Positions 18,047 to 27,760 of a DNA stretch of 64,000 nucleotides are shown piece after piece. The position numbers and the translations under genes are program-made. Origin of the DNA: an uncultured Candidatus Rokubacteria bacterium (GTDB lineage: Bacteria > Methylomirabilota > Methylomirabilia > Rokubacteriales > DASRDR01); the NCBI GenBank assembly GCA_963805625.1, contig CAWDVE010000010.1, positions 224,001 to 288,000 of the forward strand, given 5' to 3'. Under the pieces are notes generated by a model. It made no database searches and was not told where the DNA came from. It saw only the letters and a list, made by a program, of their open reading frames with translations. The stretch's first letter is position 1. Every line of letters begins with the position of its first letter.

Positions 18047-19354
18047 TCAGCCTCGCGTCATGCGGGCGCCGAGGGCCCGCAAGCGCTCGTCGATCCGCTC
18101 GTAGCCGCGGTCGATCTGACGCGTGTTGCGGATGACGGAGGTCCCGCGCGCGCAGAGAGCGGCGGCCAGGAGCGCCATGCCCGCACGGATGTCGGGCGAC
18201 ACCATCGTCGCTCCGTGGAGCCGGCTCGGCCCTACCACCACCGCCCGGTGCGGGTCACACAGGACGACCCGCGCTCCCATGTCGATCAGCCGATCCACGA
18301 AGAACAGGCGGCTCTCGAAGAGCTTTTCGTGGATGAGGACGGTGCCCGCGCACTGGGTGGCCAGGACGAGCGCCATGGGTGTCAGGTCGGCGGGGAAGCC
18401 CGGCCAGGGGGCGTCGTCGACGGTGGGGATGGCGCCGCCGAGGTCGTCGGACACCGCCAGGCGCTGGCCGCCCGGCACCACGAGCACGGCGCCCTCGAGT
18501 TGCGTCTCCAGGCCGAGCCGTGCGAAGACGAGCCGGATCATGCGCAGGTGCTCGGGCGCCACGTCGAGGATTTGCAGCTCGCCGCCCGTCATGGCGGCCA
18601 GCGCGACGAACGAGCCGATCTCGATGTGGTCGGGCCCGATCCGGTGGGTGGCGGGCGCGAGTGCCTCCACGCCCTCGATCTCGAGGGCGTTCGTCCCGAT
18701 GCCCTGGACCTTCGCGCCCATCGCGTTCAGCGCCTGACAGAGGCCCTGGACGTGAGGCTCGCAGGCGGCGTTGAGGAGCCGCGTTCTCCCGCGCGCGAGC
18801 ACGGCGGCCATCACCGCGTTCTCGGTGGCGGTCACGCTCGCCTCGTCGAGGAACACCTCGGCGCCCTTGAAGCGCCCGGGCAGCGTCAGGCGGTAGGCGT
18901 TGTCGCCCAGCTCGATCTCGGCGCCGAGCTGGCGGAGCGCGAGCACGTGGGTATCGATGCGCCGCCGGCCAATCTGGTCACCGCCGGGGCGAGGGAGCAC
19001 CGCCTCGCCCTGGCGCGCCAGGAGCGGTGCGGCAAGCAGAAAGGATCCGCGGATGCGCGACGCGAGGGCCGGGTCCGGCGCGCCGCTGGCGAGCCCGGAG
19101 GCGTCGATCCGAACCGTCCGCTCTCCGACCCGCACGATGCTTGCCCCCAGACCCCGCACCGCCTCCAGCAAGGTCTCCACGTCGCCGATCTGCGGGAGGT
19201 TGTCGAGGACGACCGGTCCCGACACGAGCAGCGACGCTGCGATAACGGGGAGGGCCTCGTTCTTGTTGCCGGCCGGCCGGAGCGCGCCCTGGATGGGACG
19301 CCCGCCCTCGACGGTGAACTGATCGCCGGGAAGCGGCTCGACGAAGAGCGCCAC
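18047..19354 (-). CDS. murA: UDP-N-acetylglucosamine 1-carboxyvinyltransferase (Asp-type)
   Basis: [62 protein letters not shown]. Confidence 0.95.
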   Translation of the reverse strand: MALFVEPLPGDQFTVEGGRPIQGALRPAGNKNEALPVIAASLLVSGPVVLDNLPQIGDVETLLEAVRGLGASIVRVGERTVRIDASGLASGAPDPALASRIRGSFLLAAPLLARQGEAVLPRPGGDQIGRRRIDTHVLALRQLGAEIELGDNAYRLTLPGRFKGAEVFLDEASVTATENAVMAAVLARGRTRLLNAACEPHVQGLCQALNAMGAKVQGIGTNALEIEGVEALAPATHRIGPDHIEIGSFVALAAMTGGELQILDVAPEHLRMIRLVFARLGLETQLEGAVLVVPGGQRLAVSDDLGGAIPTVDDAPWPGFPADLTPMALVLATQCAGTVLIHEKLFESRLFFVDRLIDMGARVVLCDPHRAVVVGPSRLHGATMVSPDIRAGMALLAAALCARGTSVIRNTRQIDRGYERIDERLRALGARMTRG

Positions 19355-19431
19355 GAACCTATGCTACTCGGAGAACCGCCCCCGGCAGGCCAACAACCTG
19401 GCCACCGGTCCGGATTCCTGCCGGGGGGAGA

Positions 19432-19725
19432 TCACGAGCCCGACCGCCGCGTGCCGGCTCCCGCCCCAGGCCTGGACCTGAGCCCCGTCGTGGCCAAGAC
19501 CGAGTGCCAGATCTCATGGCATGCGTGATGGAAGTAGATAGTCCCACCGCCCGGCACATCGCACTCGATTTCGTTGTCGATCCCAAGGATGCGCTGGTCG
19601 CACGCCGAGCATCGGCGCCCACGTCCGCGGCCGTACCACGTCACGACGCAGTCTTCGCACGGCAACGTGCCCGCCGACATGAGCGCCTGAATGTGCACTC
19701 GCAGAGCCTCGCTCTCGCGCTCCAT
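19432..19725 (-). CDS. Small Cys/His metal-binding hypothetical protein
   Basis: WYGRGRGRRCSACDQRI...FHHAC; RBS AGGAGG. Confidence 0.65.
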   Translation of the reverse strand: MERESEALRVHIQALMSAGTLPCEDCVVTWYGRGRGRRCSACDQRILGIDNEIECDVPGGGTIYFHHACHEIWHSVLATTGLRSRPGAGAGTRRSGS

Positions 19726-19762
19726 GCTGCCTCCTGTCCGGTGGACGTGTGCGCCGTGGAGA

Positions 19763-20188
19763 TCAGGCGCCTCGCGGTTGAGTTCCTCTGTCGCGGACAT
19801 CCAGGGCACGATCGAGGAGCCGGGCGAGCGTCTCGGGGGTGATTGGCTTGCGGACATGCGCATCGAAGCCGGCCATCCGGGTCGCCGCAACATCGAGCGG
19901 CTCGGCGCGGCCGCTGACGGCGATGGTCAGGAGTGCGCGGAAGCGGGGATCGCGGCGGAGCCGCCGGACGAATCCGAATCCGTCGACAACTGGCATCTCG
20001 AGGTCACACAGAATGAGATCCGGCTGTCGGTCGAGAACGAGTCGGAAGGCCTCCTGGCCATCACCAACGCCCCGGGTCTGGACGCCGAATGTCGAGACGA
20101 GCGCGACAAGTGCCGCCCGCGCGTCCGGATCATCCTCGACGACCAAGACCTCGAGGTCCCGCGGCCCGGGCCGGCTCAGGAGTTCCAT
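19763..20188 (-). CDS. Single-domain response regulator (CheY-like)
   Basis: LVVEDD, CDLEMPVVDG, IAVSG, AGFDAHVRKP. Confidence 0.88.
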   Translation of the reverse strand: MELLSRPGPRDLEVLVVEDDPDARAALVALVSTFGVQTRGVGDGQEAFRLVLDRQPDLILCDLEMPVVDGFGFVRRLRRDPRFRALLTIAVSGRAEPLDVAATRMAGFDAHVRKPITPETLARLLDRALDVRDRGTQPRGA

Positions 20189-20324
20189 TCAATGTGAACG
20201 GAGGAGGGCCACGGAGCCCATTGCCATCCTGCTCCGGCGCGCGGCGTCTAGCTGCTAGCTGCTGCGACCCCCGGCTCAGGAGGCTAAGACTGTGCTCCCG
20301 TAGCCCTCCTCGCCGATTCACCGT

Positions 20325-20339
20325 GCATGGCGAGTGCCA
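20325..20339 (-). promoter_or_regulatory. Possible sigma54 promoter for the CheY-like gene
   Basis: Minus strand TGGCAC-TCGCC-ATGC with correct spacing. Confidence 0.4.
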
Positions 20340-20587
20340 TGTGCATCCCCATTGGCCTGGTGGGCTTTTTCTTGACTCGGCGGCCGGAAGGGCGAGGACA
20401 CTTCGTCGCCTGGGCGACACGACGTCGTGGGATTCCCCCGCCATCTGGTGCCCGGGGCAGCCTTCCTGTAGGGTCGATCGAGGTGGGCTTCTTCCGTGCC
20501 CTGCCGAAGGGGCGCTTGGCCTGCCGAGGGCGCCGTCGGTGCTCGGGCTGGTGGACGAGATCATCGGGTGATCGGTTCGAGGTGACG

Positions 20588-20932
20588 ATGGGACCGGCGG
20601 GACGGTACCGGTTCACGCTCTTCTGGGCCTCGGTGCTAGTCGATCTTGGCGTGGGTGTCATGGCGATGGGTGTGGTCTGCGCGGGTCTGCTCTTGCTTCT
20701 GCCCGATCAGATTCCGGTCCCGTATTCCTGGCCACGCCTCCTGGCGGCGGCCGTCGCGGTGGTCGGAGGCCTTCTCATGGGTGCGCCGCTGATCCTGATC
20801 GGTCAGCTGGTGCAGGTCTTCCTCGAGCAGCGTCGGCTCCTGGGCCGTATTCACCACCGGCTCCGTCGCTGGGAGGACGAGCGGGAGTCGGAGCGAACCC
20901 ACCCCATGCGCGGCCCCGTCCGGCCGCCGTGA
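20588..20932 (+). CDS. Two-TM hypothetical membrane protein
   Basis: RBS GAGGTG; two hydrophobic helices and a charged tail. Confidence 0.6.
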   Translation: MGPAGRYRFTLFWASVLVDLGVGVMAMGVVCAGLLLLLPDQIPVPYSWPRLLAAAVAVVGGLLMGAPLILIGQLVQVFLEQRRLLGRIHHRLRRWEDERESERTHPMRGPVRPP

Positions 20933-21281
20933 CTCCTGCTGCGCGGTCGGTCGCACCGGGCCCGGAAGGATCACGCCCGTGCCGTGGGGCCGCCAGGGGA
21001 CGGCGCGGTCATCCTGGTCGGCGGTCCCGATCAGACCCTCCCGGACTTGTCTTCGGGGTGTCCGCGACCAACCCTGAGCGTCCGCGGCGGCTTCTGGCTG
21101 AGGTGGTCCAGGGGAAAGGACTCCCCGAGGGCCTCGTGGTCGCCGAAGGGTACCGTTCTGTGAGCCCGATTCGTTCCCTCCAGGCTAGGAAGGGTGTCCG
21201 GGGCTTCCGTGCTAGGCTATCCCCCATGATTCCGCACGGTTCTGCGCCGTGGTCTCTCTCCAGGAGTTATCGGGGCTGACG

Positions 21282-23777
21282 ATGATGAGTCCCGGCGCGG
21301 CTCCGGCGAAAGGCAAACCGCGTGAGGGTGGAGCCACCGGCTCCCTCCGGCGCACATTCATCGGCGCTGCCCTCGCGACTTCACTCCCGTTCCTGCTCCT
21401 CATCGCCTACCTGATCTGGGGACACATCAGCCGCGAGCACAGCCGGGTCGAGCGCGAAGCGTTCGCCGAGGCCAGCCTCCTGAGCGCCCAGGTGGAGAAG
21501 CACTTCGGGGCGCGCATCGAAGCGCTCACCGGGGCCGCGAGTCTCCTTGGAGCGGGCGGGGCGAGTCCCTCGGCCGGCGAGGCCCAGGGACGGCGGCTCC
21601 GGCAGGCTTTCCCGGACGTCGATCGCGTCGTCCTGATCGACGAGCTGGGGGTGGCCGCGGCCTCGGTTCCGGCCCTCGCCGAGGGCAAGCGCCTTGCCGT
21701 CGGTGACCAGGAGTGGTTCAAGCGGGCGGCGACGTCGACGGATCCGTTCGTCGGCGCGCCCTGGCGGGCCGGTCCGGAGATCCTGGTGGGGATCTACGCG
21801 CCGGTGCGGACCACCGAGGGACAGCTCCGGGGCGTCCTCGCGCTCGATCTCCTGCTCAAGCGCGTCCAGGATCTCCTGGCTCAGGCGAAGCTCTCCCCGG
21901 GGACCGCGGCCGCGCTTGTGACGGACCGGGGTGTCGTCGTCGCGCGCCAGCCGGCGCTCTTCCTGATGGCCAACGTCTCCGGGCTCGCCGGGTACGGCGA
22001 CCTCCTGGCGCGGGGCGGCACGGGTGAGGCCGTTTTCGAGGACGGGGAGTCGCGCATTGCCGGCGCGGTCCCGATCCGTCCCCAAGGTTGGACTCTTGTC
22101 GTCGGGGTCCCGTCGGCCGAGGTTACGCGTGAGACCAGGAGCCAGCTCCTCCTCGTCGGCGGCGGGGGCCTGGCGCTCACGACGCTGGCGATCCTTGCCG
22201 GGGTTCGGCTGGCTGGCCGCCAGGCCGAAGGGTTCGGGCGGCTTCGTCAGGCGATGGGACGGCTTGAGACCGGGGACTTGCCGGCCACGCTGCCGGTCAC
22301 CGTGGGGGGCGAGGCGGGCGCTCTTACGGATAGCTTCAACCGGATGCTGAGCTGGCTCCGGGGAAAGCTCCGGGAATACGAGGTCGTGACTCAGCTGGAC
22401 GACGCAGCCGGTCGCGTGGTGACCGGGGACCGTTCGGGGAACGCGGCGTTTGTCGGCCTCCTTCGCAGGGTGGTCGGGGGCGTCGGAGCGGACGTCGGAG
22501 TTCTCGTCCTGCCGGACGAGTCCGGCCTGGTGGCGCGGGCCGCGGTGGGCTTTCACGGGACCCAGGTCGAGGGCAGTCGTCTCCGGAGAGGCCAGGGGCT
22601 GGTGGGGGCCGTGATGTCCGCGCGCGAGACCATGGTCGTGCCCGACCTGGAGGCGGATTACCGGGTCGAGGAGCCGTATCTCAAGGACGGAAGCATCCGC
22701 TCCATGGCCGCCTTCCCCCTCCTGGCCAACGACGAGCTGCTGGGAGTGGTCGCGGTCGGGTATCGCACGGCCCATGCGTTCTCCCCGGACGAGGTGGCGC
22801 GGCTCGAGGCGATTGTGCGCCGGACGGCCCAGGCCATCGAGCGCGCGCAGGCCCTCGAGTCGGTGCAGCGCAGCACCCAGGGTCTCGAGGCGCAGATTGC
22901 CCAGCAGATGGAGGCGCTCCAGAAGGCCGCGGTCGAACAAGCGGAGGCCAACCGCCAGACGCAGGAGGCGAGAAAACAGGCGCGGGAAATGGAGCAGCGC
23001 ATGAAGCTCCAGGCCGCGCAGGCGCCGCAGGTCAAGGAGGTCATCGTCGAGCGTGAGGTCGTGCGCCAGGACCCGACGAGCGAGCAGGCCGCGCGATTCC
23101 GCGGGGAGATGCAGAAGACGGTCAGCGAGGAGTTGCGTGCCCCCCTCACCGCGCTCCTCGACCTCCCGCGGCTCCTGGTCGACGGGCTCCAGAAGCCGCT
23201 CGGCGACACCGAGCGGGGGCAGCTGGAGATCCTGCAGGAGCGCGGGCAGGAGATCCTGGAGCTGATCGAGGGCCTCACCGCGCTGAGCGGGCTCGAGGCC
23301 GGCGGGCTCAAGCTCACCAAGGCTTCGACGGATGTGCCCACGCTGGTCCAACGGGTGGTCCGCACGCTCCAGCCCCGCGCCGCGGCGAAGGGGAACCGGA
23401 TCGAAATCGACATCAAGCCTGGGGTGGCGCCCGTTGTCACGGACTCGCGCCGGGTCGAGCAGGTCCTCGGGAATCTGATCCTGTCGGCTGTCAAGTACAC
23501 CGAGGTCGGGGAGATCCGCGTGACCTGCTACCAGCGCGACCGCGAGGTCGTCATGACGGTGGCCGACGACGGTGTCGGCTTCACCCAGGAGGAGCAGGGC
23601 CGGATCTTCCGGCCGTTCTGTCCGGTCGGCCCGCGGGATGGTCGGACGCTCCCCGGCACAGGCCTCCTCCTGACGGTCGCCGAGCGGCTCGTCCTCGCCC
23701 TCGGTGGCAAGATCAAGATGGAGAGCGAGCCGGACCGCGGCTCGTGGGTTACCGTCACGCTGCCGGTGCAGGGATGA
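21282..23777 (+). CDS. Cache-HAMP-GAF-HisKA-HATPase sensor lacking the phospho-acceptor His (pseudokinase)
   Basis: Two TMs flanking a Cache-like domain, HAMP, GAF; H-box reads SEELRAPL; N-box NLILSAVKY; G2 GTGLLL. Confidence 0.85.
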   Translation: MMSPGAAPAKGKPREGGATGSLRRTFIGAALATSLPFLLLIAYLIWGHISREHSRVEREAFAEASLLSAQVEKHFGARIEALTGAASLLGAGGASPSAGEAQGRRLRQAFPDVDRVVLIDELGVAAASVPALAEGKRLAVGDQEWFKRAATSTDPFVGAPWRAGPEILVGIYAPVRTTEGQLRGVLALDLLLKRVQDLLAQAKLSPGTAAALVTDRGVVVARQPALFLMANVSGLAGYGDLLARGGTGEAVFEDGESRIAGAVPIRPQGWTLVVGVPSAEVTRETRSQLLLVGGGGLALTTLAILAGVRLAGRQAEGFGRLRQAMGRLETGDLPATLPVTVGGEAGALTDSFNRMLSWLRGKLREYEVVTQLDDAAGRVVTGDRSGNAAFVGLLRRVVGGVGADVGVLVLPDESGLVARAAVGFHGTQVEGSRLRRGQGLVGAVMSARETMVVPDLEADYRVEEPYLKDGSIRSMAAFPLLANDELLGVVAVGYRTAHAFSPDEVARLEAIVRRTAQAIERAQALESVQRSTQGLEAQIAQQMEALQKAAVEQAEANRQTQEARKQAREMEQRMKLQAAQAPQVKEVIVEREVVRQDPTSEQAARFRGEMQKTVSEELRAPLTALLDLPRLLVDGLQKPLGDTERGQLEILQERGQEILELIEGLTALSGLEAGGLKLTKASTDVPTLVQRVVRTLQPRAAAKGNRIEIDIKPGVAPVVTDSRRVEQVLGNLILSAVKYTEVGEIRVTCYQRDREVVMTVADDGVGFTQEEQGRIFRPFCPVGPRDGRTLPGTGLLLTVAERLVLALGGKIKMESEPDRGSWVTVTLPVQG

Positions 23778-23781
23778 GGAC

Positions 23782-24771
23782 ATGAGCCCATCCACGCGCA
23801 GTCCTTCCACTCTCGGGCACGTGCTGATCGTCGACGACGACCTCCTGGTCCGGGAGACGATGCGGGACTACATCGATCACCTCGGCTACACGGTGCGCGA
23901 CGTCGGGTCCGCGGAGGAGGCGCTCAGGGAGATCGCCAAAGAGGCGCCGGACCTGGTGCTGCTCGACGTCCGAATGCCGAGGATCACCGGGATCGACCTG
24001 TGCCGGCAGCTCAAGAGCGACCCGATGACCCACCTGATTCCCGTGGTCCTCCTGACCGCCGAGCGCGAGCTGGACTCGCGAGTGGCGGGGCTCGCGGCGG
24101 GCGCGGACGACTACTTCACGAAGCCCGTCCACCCGCGCGAGCTTGACGCGCGACTCCGATCGCTCATCCGCCTGAAGCACGTTCTCGAGGAGCTGGAGGA
24201 AGCCGAGAGCCTGATCACGAGCCTCGCGCTCACGATCGAGGCGCGGGATCCCTACACAGCCGGCCACTGCGTGCGGTTGGCGGCCTGGGCGATGGCCTTC
24301 GGCGAGCGTCTCGGGCTCAGCGAGGAGGAGCAGAAGGCGCTGCGCCTGGGAGGGTTCCTGCACGATCTCGGCAAGATCGCGGTACCCGACGGCGTCCTCC
24401 TCAAGGCCGGCCCGCTCAGCGCGGAAGAGCGGCGGCTCATGAAGGAGCATCCGGCCGCGGGCGACCGGCTCGTCGTGTCCATGCGGACGCTTGGCCTCGT
24501 GCGCCCCATCATCCGGCACCACCACGAGCGGTGGGATGGGCATGGCTACCCGGACCGGCTGGGCGGGGAGGAGGTGCCGCTCCTCGCGCGCCTCATGGCG
24601 ATCGTCGACGTCTACGACGCGCTCTGCACGCAGCGCCCGTATAAGGGTCCGTTTGGCGAGGAGGAAGCGCTCAAGAGCCTCCGCGAGGGAGCCCGGACCG
24701 GGCAGTTCGACCCGGAGCTGGCCCGCGTGTTCCTGGAGCTCCGGCAGACCTCGACGGACCTCCTCCGCTGA
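23782..24771 (+). CDS. REC-HD-GYP cyclic-dinucleotide phosphodiesterase (RpfG-like)
   Basis: REC (IVDDD, LDVRMP), EARDPYT, HDLGK, HHERWDGHGYP, RPYK. Confidence 0.93.
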   Translation: MSPSTRSPSTLGHVLIVDDDLLVRETMRDYIDHLGYTVRDVGSAEEALREIAKEAPDLVLLDVRMPRITGIDLCRQLKSDPMTHLIPVVLLTAERELDSRVAGLAAGADDYFTKPVHPRELDARLRSLIRLKHVLEELEEAESLITSLALTIEARDPYTAGHCVRLAAWAMAFGERLGLSEEEQKALRLGGFLHDLGKIAVPDGVLLKAGPLSAEERRLMKEHPAAGDRLVVSMRTLGLVRPIIRHHHERWDGHGYPDRLGGEEVPLLARLMAIVDVYDALCTQRPYKGPFGEEEALKSLREGARTGQFDPELARVFLELRQTSTDLLR

Positions 24772-24787
24772 GCCTCCGTCCGCGCTG

Positions 24788-25138
24788 ATGGCCGACTGCG
24801 TCTTCTGCGATATCATCGCCGGCCGGAACCCCGCGACAATCGAGTACCAGGACGACGAGATCCTCGCATTCCATGACATCTACCCGAAGGCGCCGGTCCA
24901 CCTCCTGATCATCCCCAAGCGCCACATCGAGTCCGTAATGGCGCTGTCTCTGGACGACGCGCCGCTCGTCGGCCGCATGATCCTGGCCGCGAAGCGGATC
25001 GGAGAGGCGCGGGGTTTGGCCGAGCGCGGCTACCGGCTCGCCATCCACTCCGGACCCGAGGGAGGCCAGATCGTGTACCATCTCCACCTTCACTTCCTGG
25101 CCGGACGCCGCGACGAGCGGAAGGTCGAACGACGATGA
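24788..25138 (+). CDS. hinT: Histidine triad nucleotide-binding protein
   Basis: DCVFCDII, DIYPKAPVH, GGQIVYHLHLHF. Confidence 0.9.
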   Translation: MADCVFCDIIAGRNPATIEYQDDEILAFHDIYPKAPVHLLIIPKRHIESVMALSLDDAPLVGRMILAAKRIGEARGLAERGYRLAIHSGPEGGQIVYHLHLHFLAGRRDERKVERR

Positions 25139-25172
25139 CGTCTCAGTTCGAGCGGGGAGCGAGGGGAGCGCA

Positions 25173-26432
25173 GTGAGCGTCGCATCCCGGCCCGAGCGTG
25201 TCCGCCTTGCGAACGGACTCACGGCGGTGCTCCAGCCCCACGATGCCGCCGAGGTCGCGGCGGTGCAGCTCTGGGTCCGGGCCGGGGCACGCGACGAGGG
25301 TCCGGACGAGGCGGGGCTGTCGCACTTCATCGAGCACCTGCTCTTCAAGGGGACACCCTCGCGCGGCCCCGGCGTGATCGACGAGACGATCTCCGGCCTC
25401 GGGGGCGAGATGAACGCCGCGACCTCCCAGGACTGGACGTACTTCCACGTCGTCCTGCCCGCCGGGCGGCTCGACACGGCGCTGGACATTCTGGCCGACG
25501 CGGCGCAGCACGCCGTGTTCGATTCGGTCGAGGTCGAGCGCGAGCGCCACGTGGTCCTGGAGGAGATCCGTCGGGCCGAGGACACGCCCAGCGCCGCCCT
25601 CTGGCGGGCGCTGGCCCGCGGGCACTTCGGCGAGCATGCGTACGGGCGGCCGGTCCTCGGCTCCGCCGAGTCCATCGCGGGAGTGCCCCGCGAGAAGATC
25701 GTCGAGTACTATCGTCGCTCCTACGTGCCGAACAACGCGACGGTGGTGGTGGCGGGCAGCGTGTCGGCGGACCGGAGCCTCGACGCCGTGCGTGAGGTGT
25801 TCGGGAGCTGGGCCCCGGGCCCGCTCCCGGAGCGGCCGCGGCGGGCTCCCGCGCTGCCGCTTGCCCCGCGGCGGATCCAGGAATCGAAGGCGCTCCACCA
25901 GACGTACCTCGGGCTCGCGTGGGCCGGCGCCATTCCGCCCGATCCGGATGTCTATGCCCTCGACCTCGTGACGACCGTACTGGGCCAGGGACGATCGTCG
26001 CGGCTGGTGCAGGCGCTCCGGGAGCGGCTCGGGCTCGTGTCCGGGATCGGGAGCAGCTTCTACCTCCAGCACGACGCGGGGATGGTCGCGATCACCGCCC
26101 GGACGACGACGGCGCGCTACGCGGAGATCGAGGCGGCGGTGCTGGCGGAGGTGGGGCGCCTGTCCGAGGAGCTCGTCACCGAGGCGGAGTTCACCCGGGC
26201 GATGACGTCGGTGGAGGCGGAGCACGCGTTCAGCGGGGAGACGGCGGAAGGCGCCGCCTACACGCTCGGCACGGCGGACACCGTGTGGACCCTCGAGTTC
26301 GAGCTGGGCTACGTCGACGCCATCCGCCGCGTGACGCGCGAGGCCATGCGCGAGGCCGCCCGGCGTCACCTTCGCCCCGATCGCTTCACGGGCGCCGTCA
26401 TCGGCGCCGCGGCTGCCGGGGGAGGCGAGTGA
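25173..26432 (+). CDS. M16B zinc peptidase, catalytic subunit
   Basis: LANGL, inverted zincin HFIEH-LLFKGT, NAATSQDWT, ERHVVLEE. Confidence 0.92.
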   Translation: MSVASRPERVRLANGLTAVLQPHDAAEVAAVQLWVRAGARDEGPDEAGLSHFIEHLLFKGTPSRGPGVIDETISGLGGEMNAATSQDWTYFHVVLPAGRLDTALDILADAAQHAVFDSVEVERERHVVLEEIRRAEDTPSAALWRALARGHFGEHAYGRPVLGSAESIAGVPREKIVEYYRRSYVPNNATVVVAGSVSADRSLDAVREVFGSWAPGPLPERPRRAPALPLAPRRIQESKALHQTYLGLAWAGAIPPDPDVYALDLVTTVLGQGRSSRLVQALRERLGLVSGIGSSFYLQHDAGMVAITARTTTARYAEIEAAVLAEVGRLSEELVTEAEFTRAMTSVEAEHAFSGETAEGAAYTLGTADTVWTLEFELGYVDAIRRVTREAMREAARRHLRPDRFTGAVIGAAAAGGGE

Positions 26433-27745
26433 CCGCCGGCCAGGGACACCCGAAGCCCGGCGCGCCGCCGCGGGAGCTGGGGCTCCGCCCGGAGTCGAGC
26501 CGTCGGGCCGTGGCCAACCTTGATCCGGTCCCGCGTCTCGTCCTTTCCAACGGTCTGACGGTGCTGGTGCGCGAGAACCGCGGCGCCCCGGTCGTTGCCA
26601 TGACCCTCCTGTCCCGGGGCGGTGCGGCGGACGAGGCGCCGGAGCTGAACGGGTTGACGGCTCTCCTGGGGCGCGTGCTCCTCAAGGGGACGCGGGCGCG
26701 AACCGCCGTCGAGGTCGCGAGCGCCGCCGAGGACGCGGGGGGCGGCATCGAGAGCGGGGCCGACCAGGAGTACGGGGAGCTGCGGACCTGGGGTCTCGCG
26801 CGACACTGGCGACGCCTCCTCGCCCTGCTCCACGAGGTGGCCACCAAGCCGCGCCTCGCGGACGACGAGATCGAGCGGGAGCGAGGGGTGCTCCTGGCCC
26901 AGATCCGCGGCCTCGAGGATCAGCCCGCCCAGGTCGCCAACCGCGTCCTCGCGCGAGCGCTCTTTGGTCCGCGGGGGTACGGGTTGCCGACGAGCGGAGA
27001 GGAGGCGACCGTCGCGCAGCTCACGCGGGCGAACCTGCTCGAGCGGTTCGGGGAGGCGTACACGGCCGACCGGCTGGTGCTCGCCGTGTCAGGGGCCGTG
27101 ATCGCCGGTGACGTGCTCGGCGAGGTGGGACGGCTCTTCGAGGGGCTCCGACGTGGCGGGCCGGTGTCCGCGCCGCCGCCGCCGCCGGAGCGGCCGGTCC
27201 GTATCCGCGAGCACGAGATATCGCCGACCCAGCAGGCCCACGTCTTGCTCGGCTATCTCGCGCCTCCCGTCGCCGCGCCGGATCACGTCGCCCTCAAGGT
27301 TGCGAACGGCGTCCTGGGCGGCGGGATGTCGAGCCGGCTGTTTCGGACCCTCCGGGACGAGGAGGGGCTCGCCTACTCGGTGGGGTCGGCCTATCCCACC
27401 CGGCGGGGAGCCGGCCGCGTCGTGCTACACATCGGCACGGCGCCGGAGAACGTGTCGGCGGCCGAGGCCGGTCTCCGGCGAGAAGTCGATCGCCTGTCCG
27501 GCGAGCCGGTGCCCGAGGACGAGCTCGCGCGCACCAAGGCCTACCTCTCCGGATCCTTCGTGCTGGACCGCCGGACGAACATGCGTCAGAGCTTCTATCT
27601 GGCGTTCTACGAGGTGATGGGGGTGGGCGCCGAGTACGTGCTGCACTACCCGAGCCTCCTCGAGGCGGTCGGCGTGACCGACGTGCTGCGCTCCGCGCGT
27701 CGCCATCTGGTCGAGCCGGCCGTGGTGGTGGTCGGCCCGGCTTGA
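26429..27745 (+). CDS. M16B peptidase, non-catalytic subunit
   Basis: LSNGL, no HxxEH; LGGGMSSRLF...GLAYSV; overlapping start/stop with the upstream gene. Confidence 0.88.
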   Translation: MTAGQGHPKPGAPPRELGLRPESSRRAVANLDPVPRLVLSNGLTVLVRENRGAPVVAMTLLSRGGAADEAPELNGLTALLGRVLLKGTRARTAVEVASAAEDAGGGIESGADQEYGELRTWGLARHWRRLLALLHEVATKPRLADDEIERERGVLLAQIRGLEDQPAQVANRVLARALFGPRGYGLPTSGEEATVAQLTRANLLERFGEAYTADRLVLAVSGAVIAGDVLGEVGRLFEGLRRGGPVSAPPPPPERPVRIREHEISPTQQAHVLLGYLAPPVAAPDHVALKVANGVLGGGMSSRLFRTLRDEEGLAYSVGSAYPTRRGAGRVVLHIGTAPENVSAAEAGLRREVDRLSGEPVPEDELARTKAYLSGSFVLDRRTNMRQSFYLAFYEVMGVGAEYVLHYPSLLEAVGVTDVLRSARRHLVEPAVVVVGPA

Positions 27746-27760
27746 GAGCCGGCTGGCGCC

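Noticed and set aside
21305-21345. AAAGGCAAACC resembling the start of a c-di-GMP-I riboswitch upstream of an HD-GYP gene
   Set aside because: It lacks the downstream GACGCAAAGC element and a proper stem, and lies within the probable coding sequence
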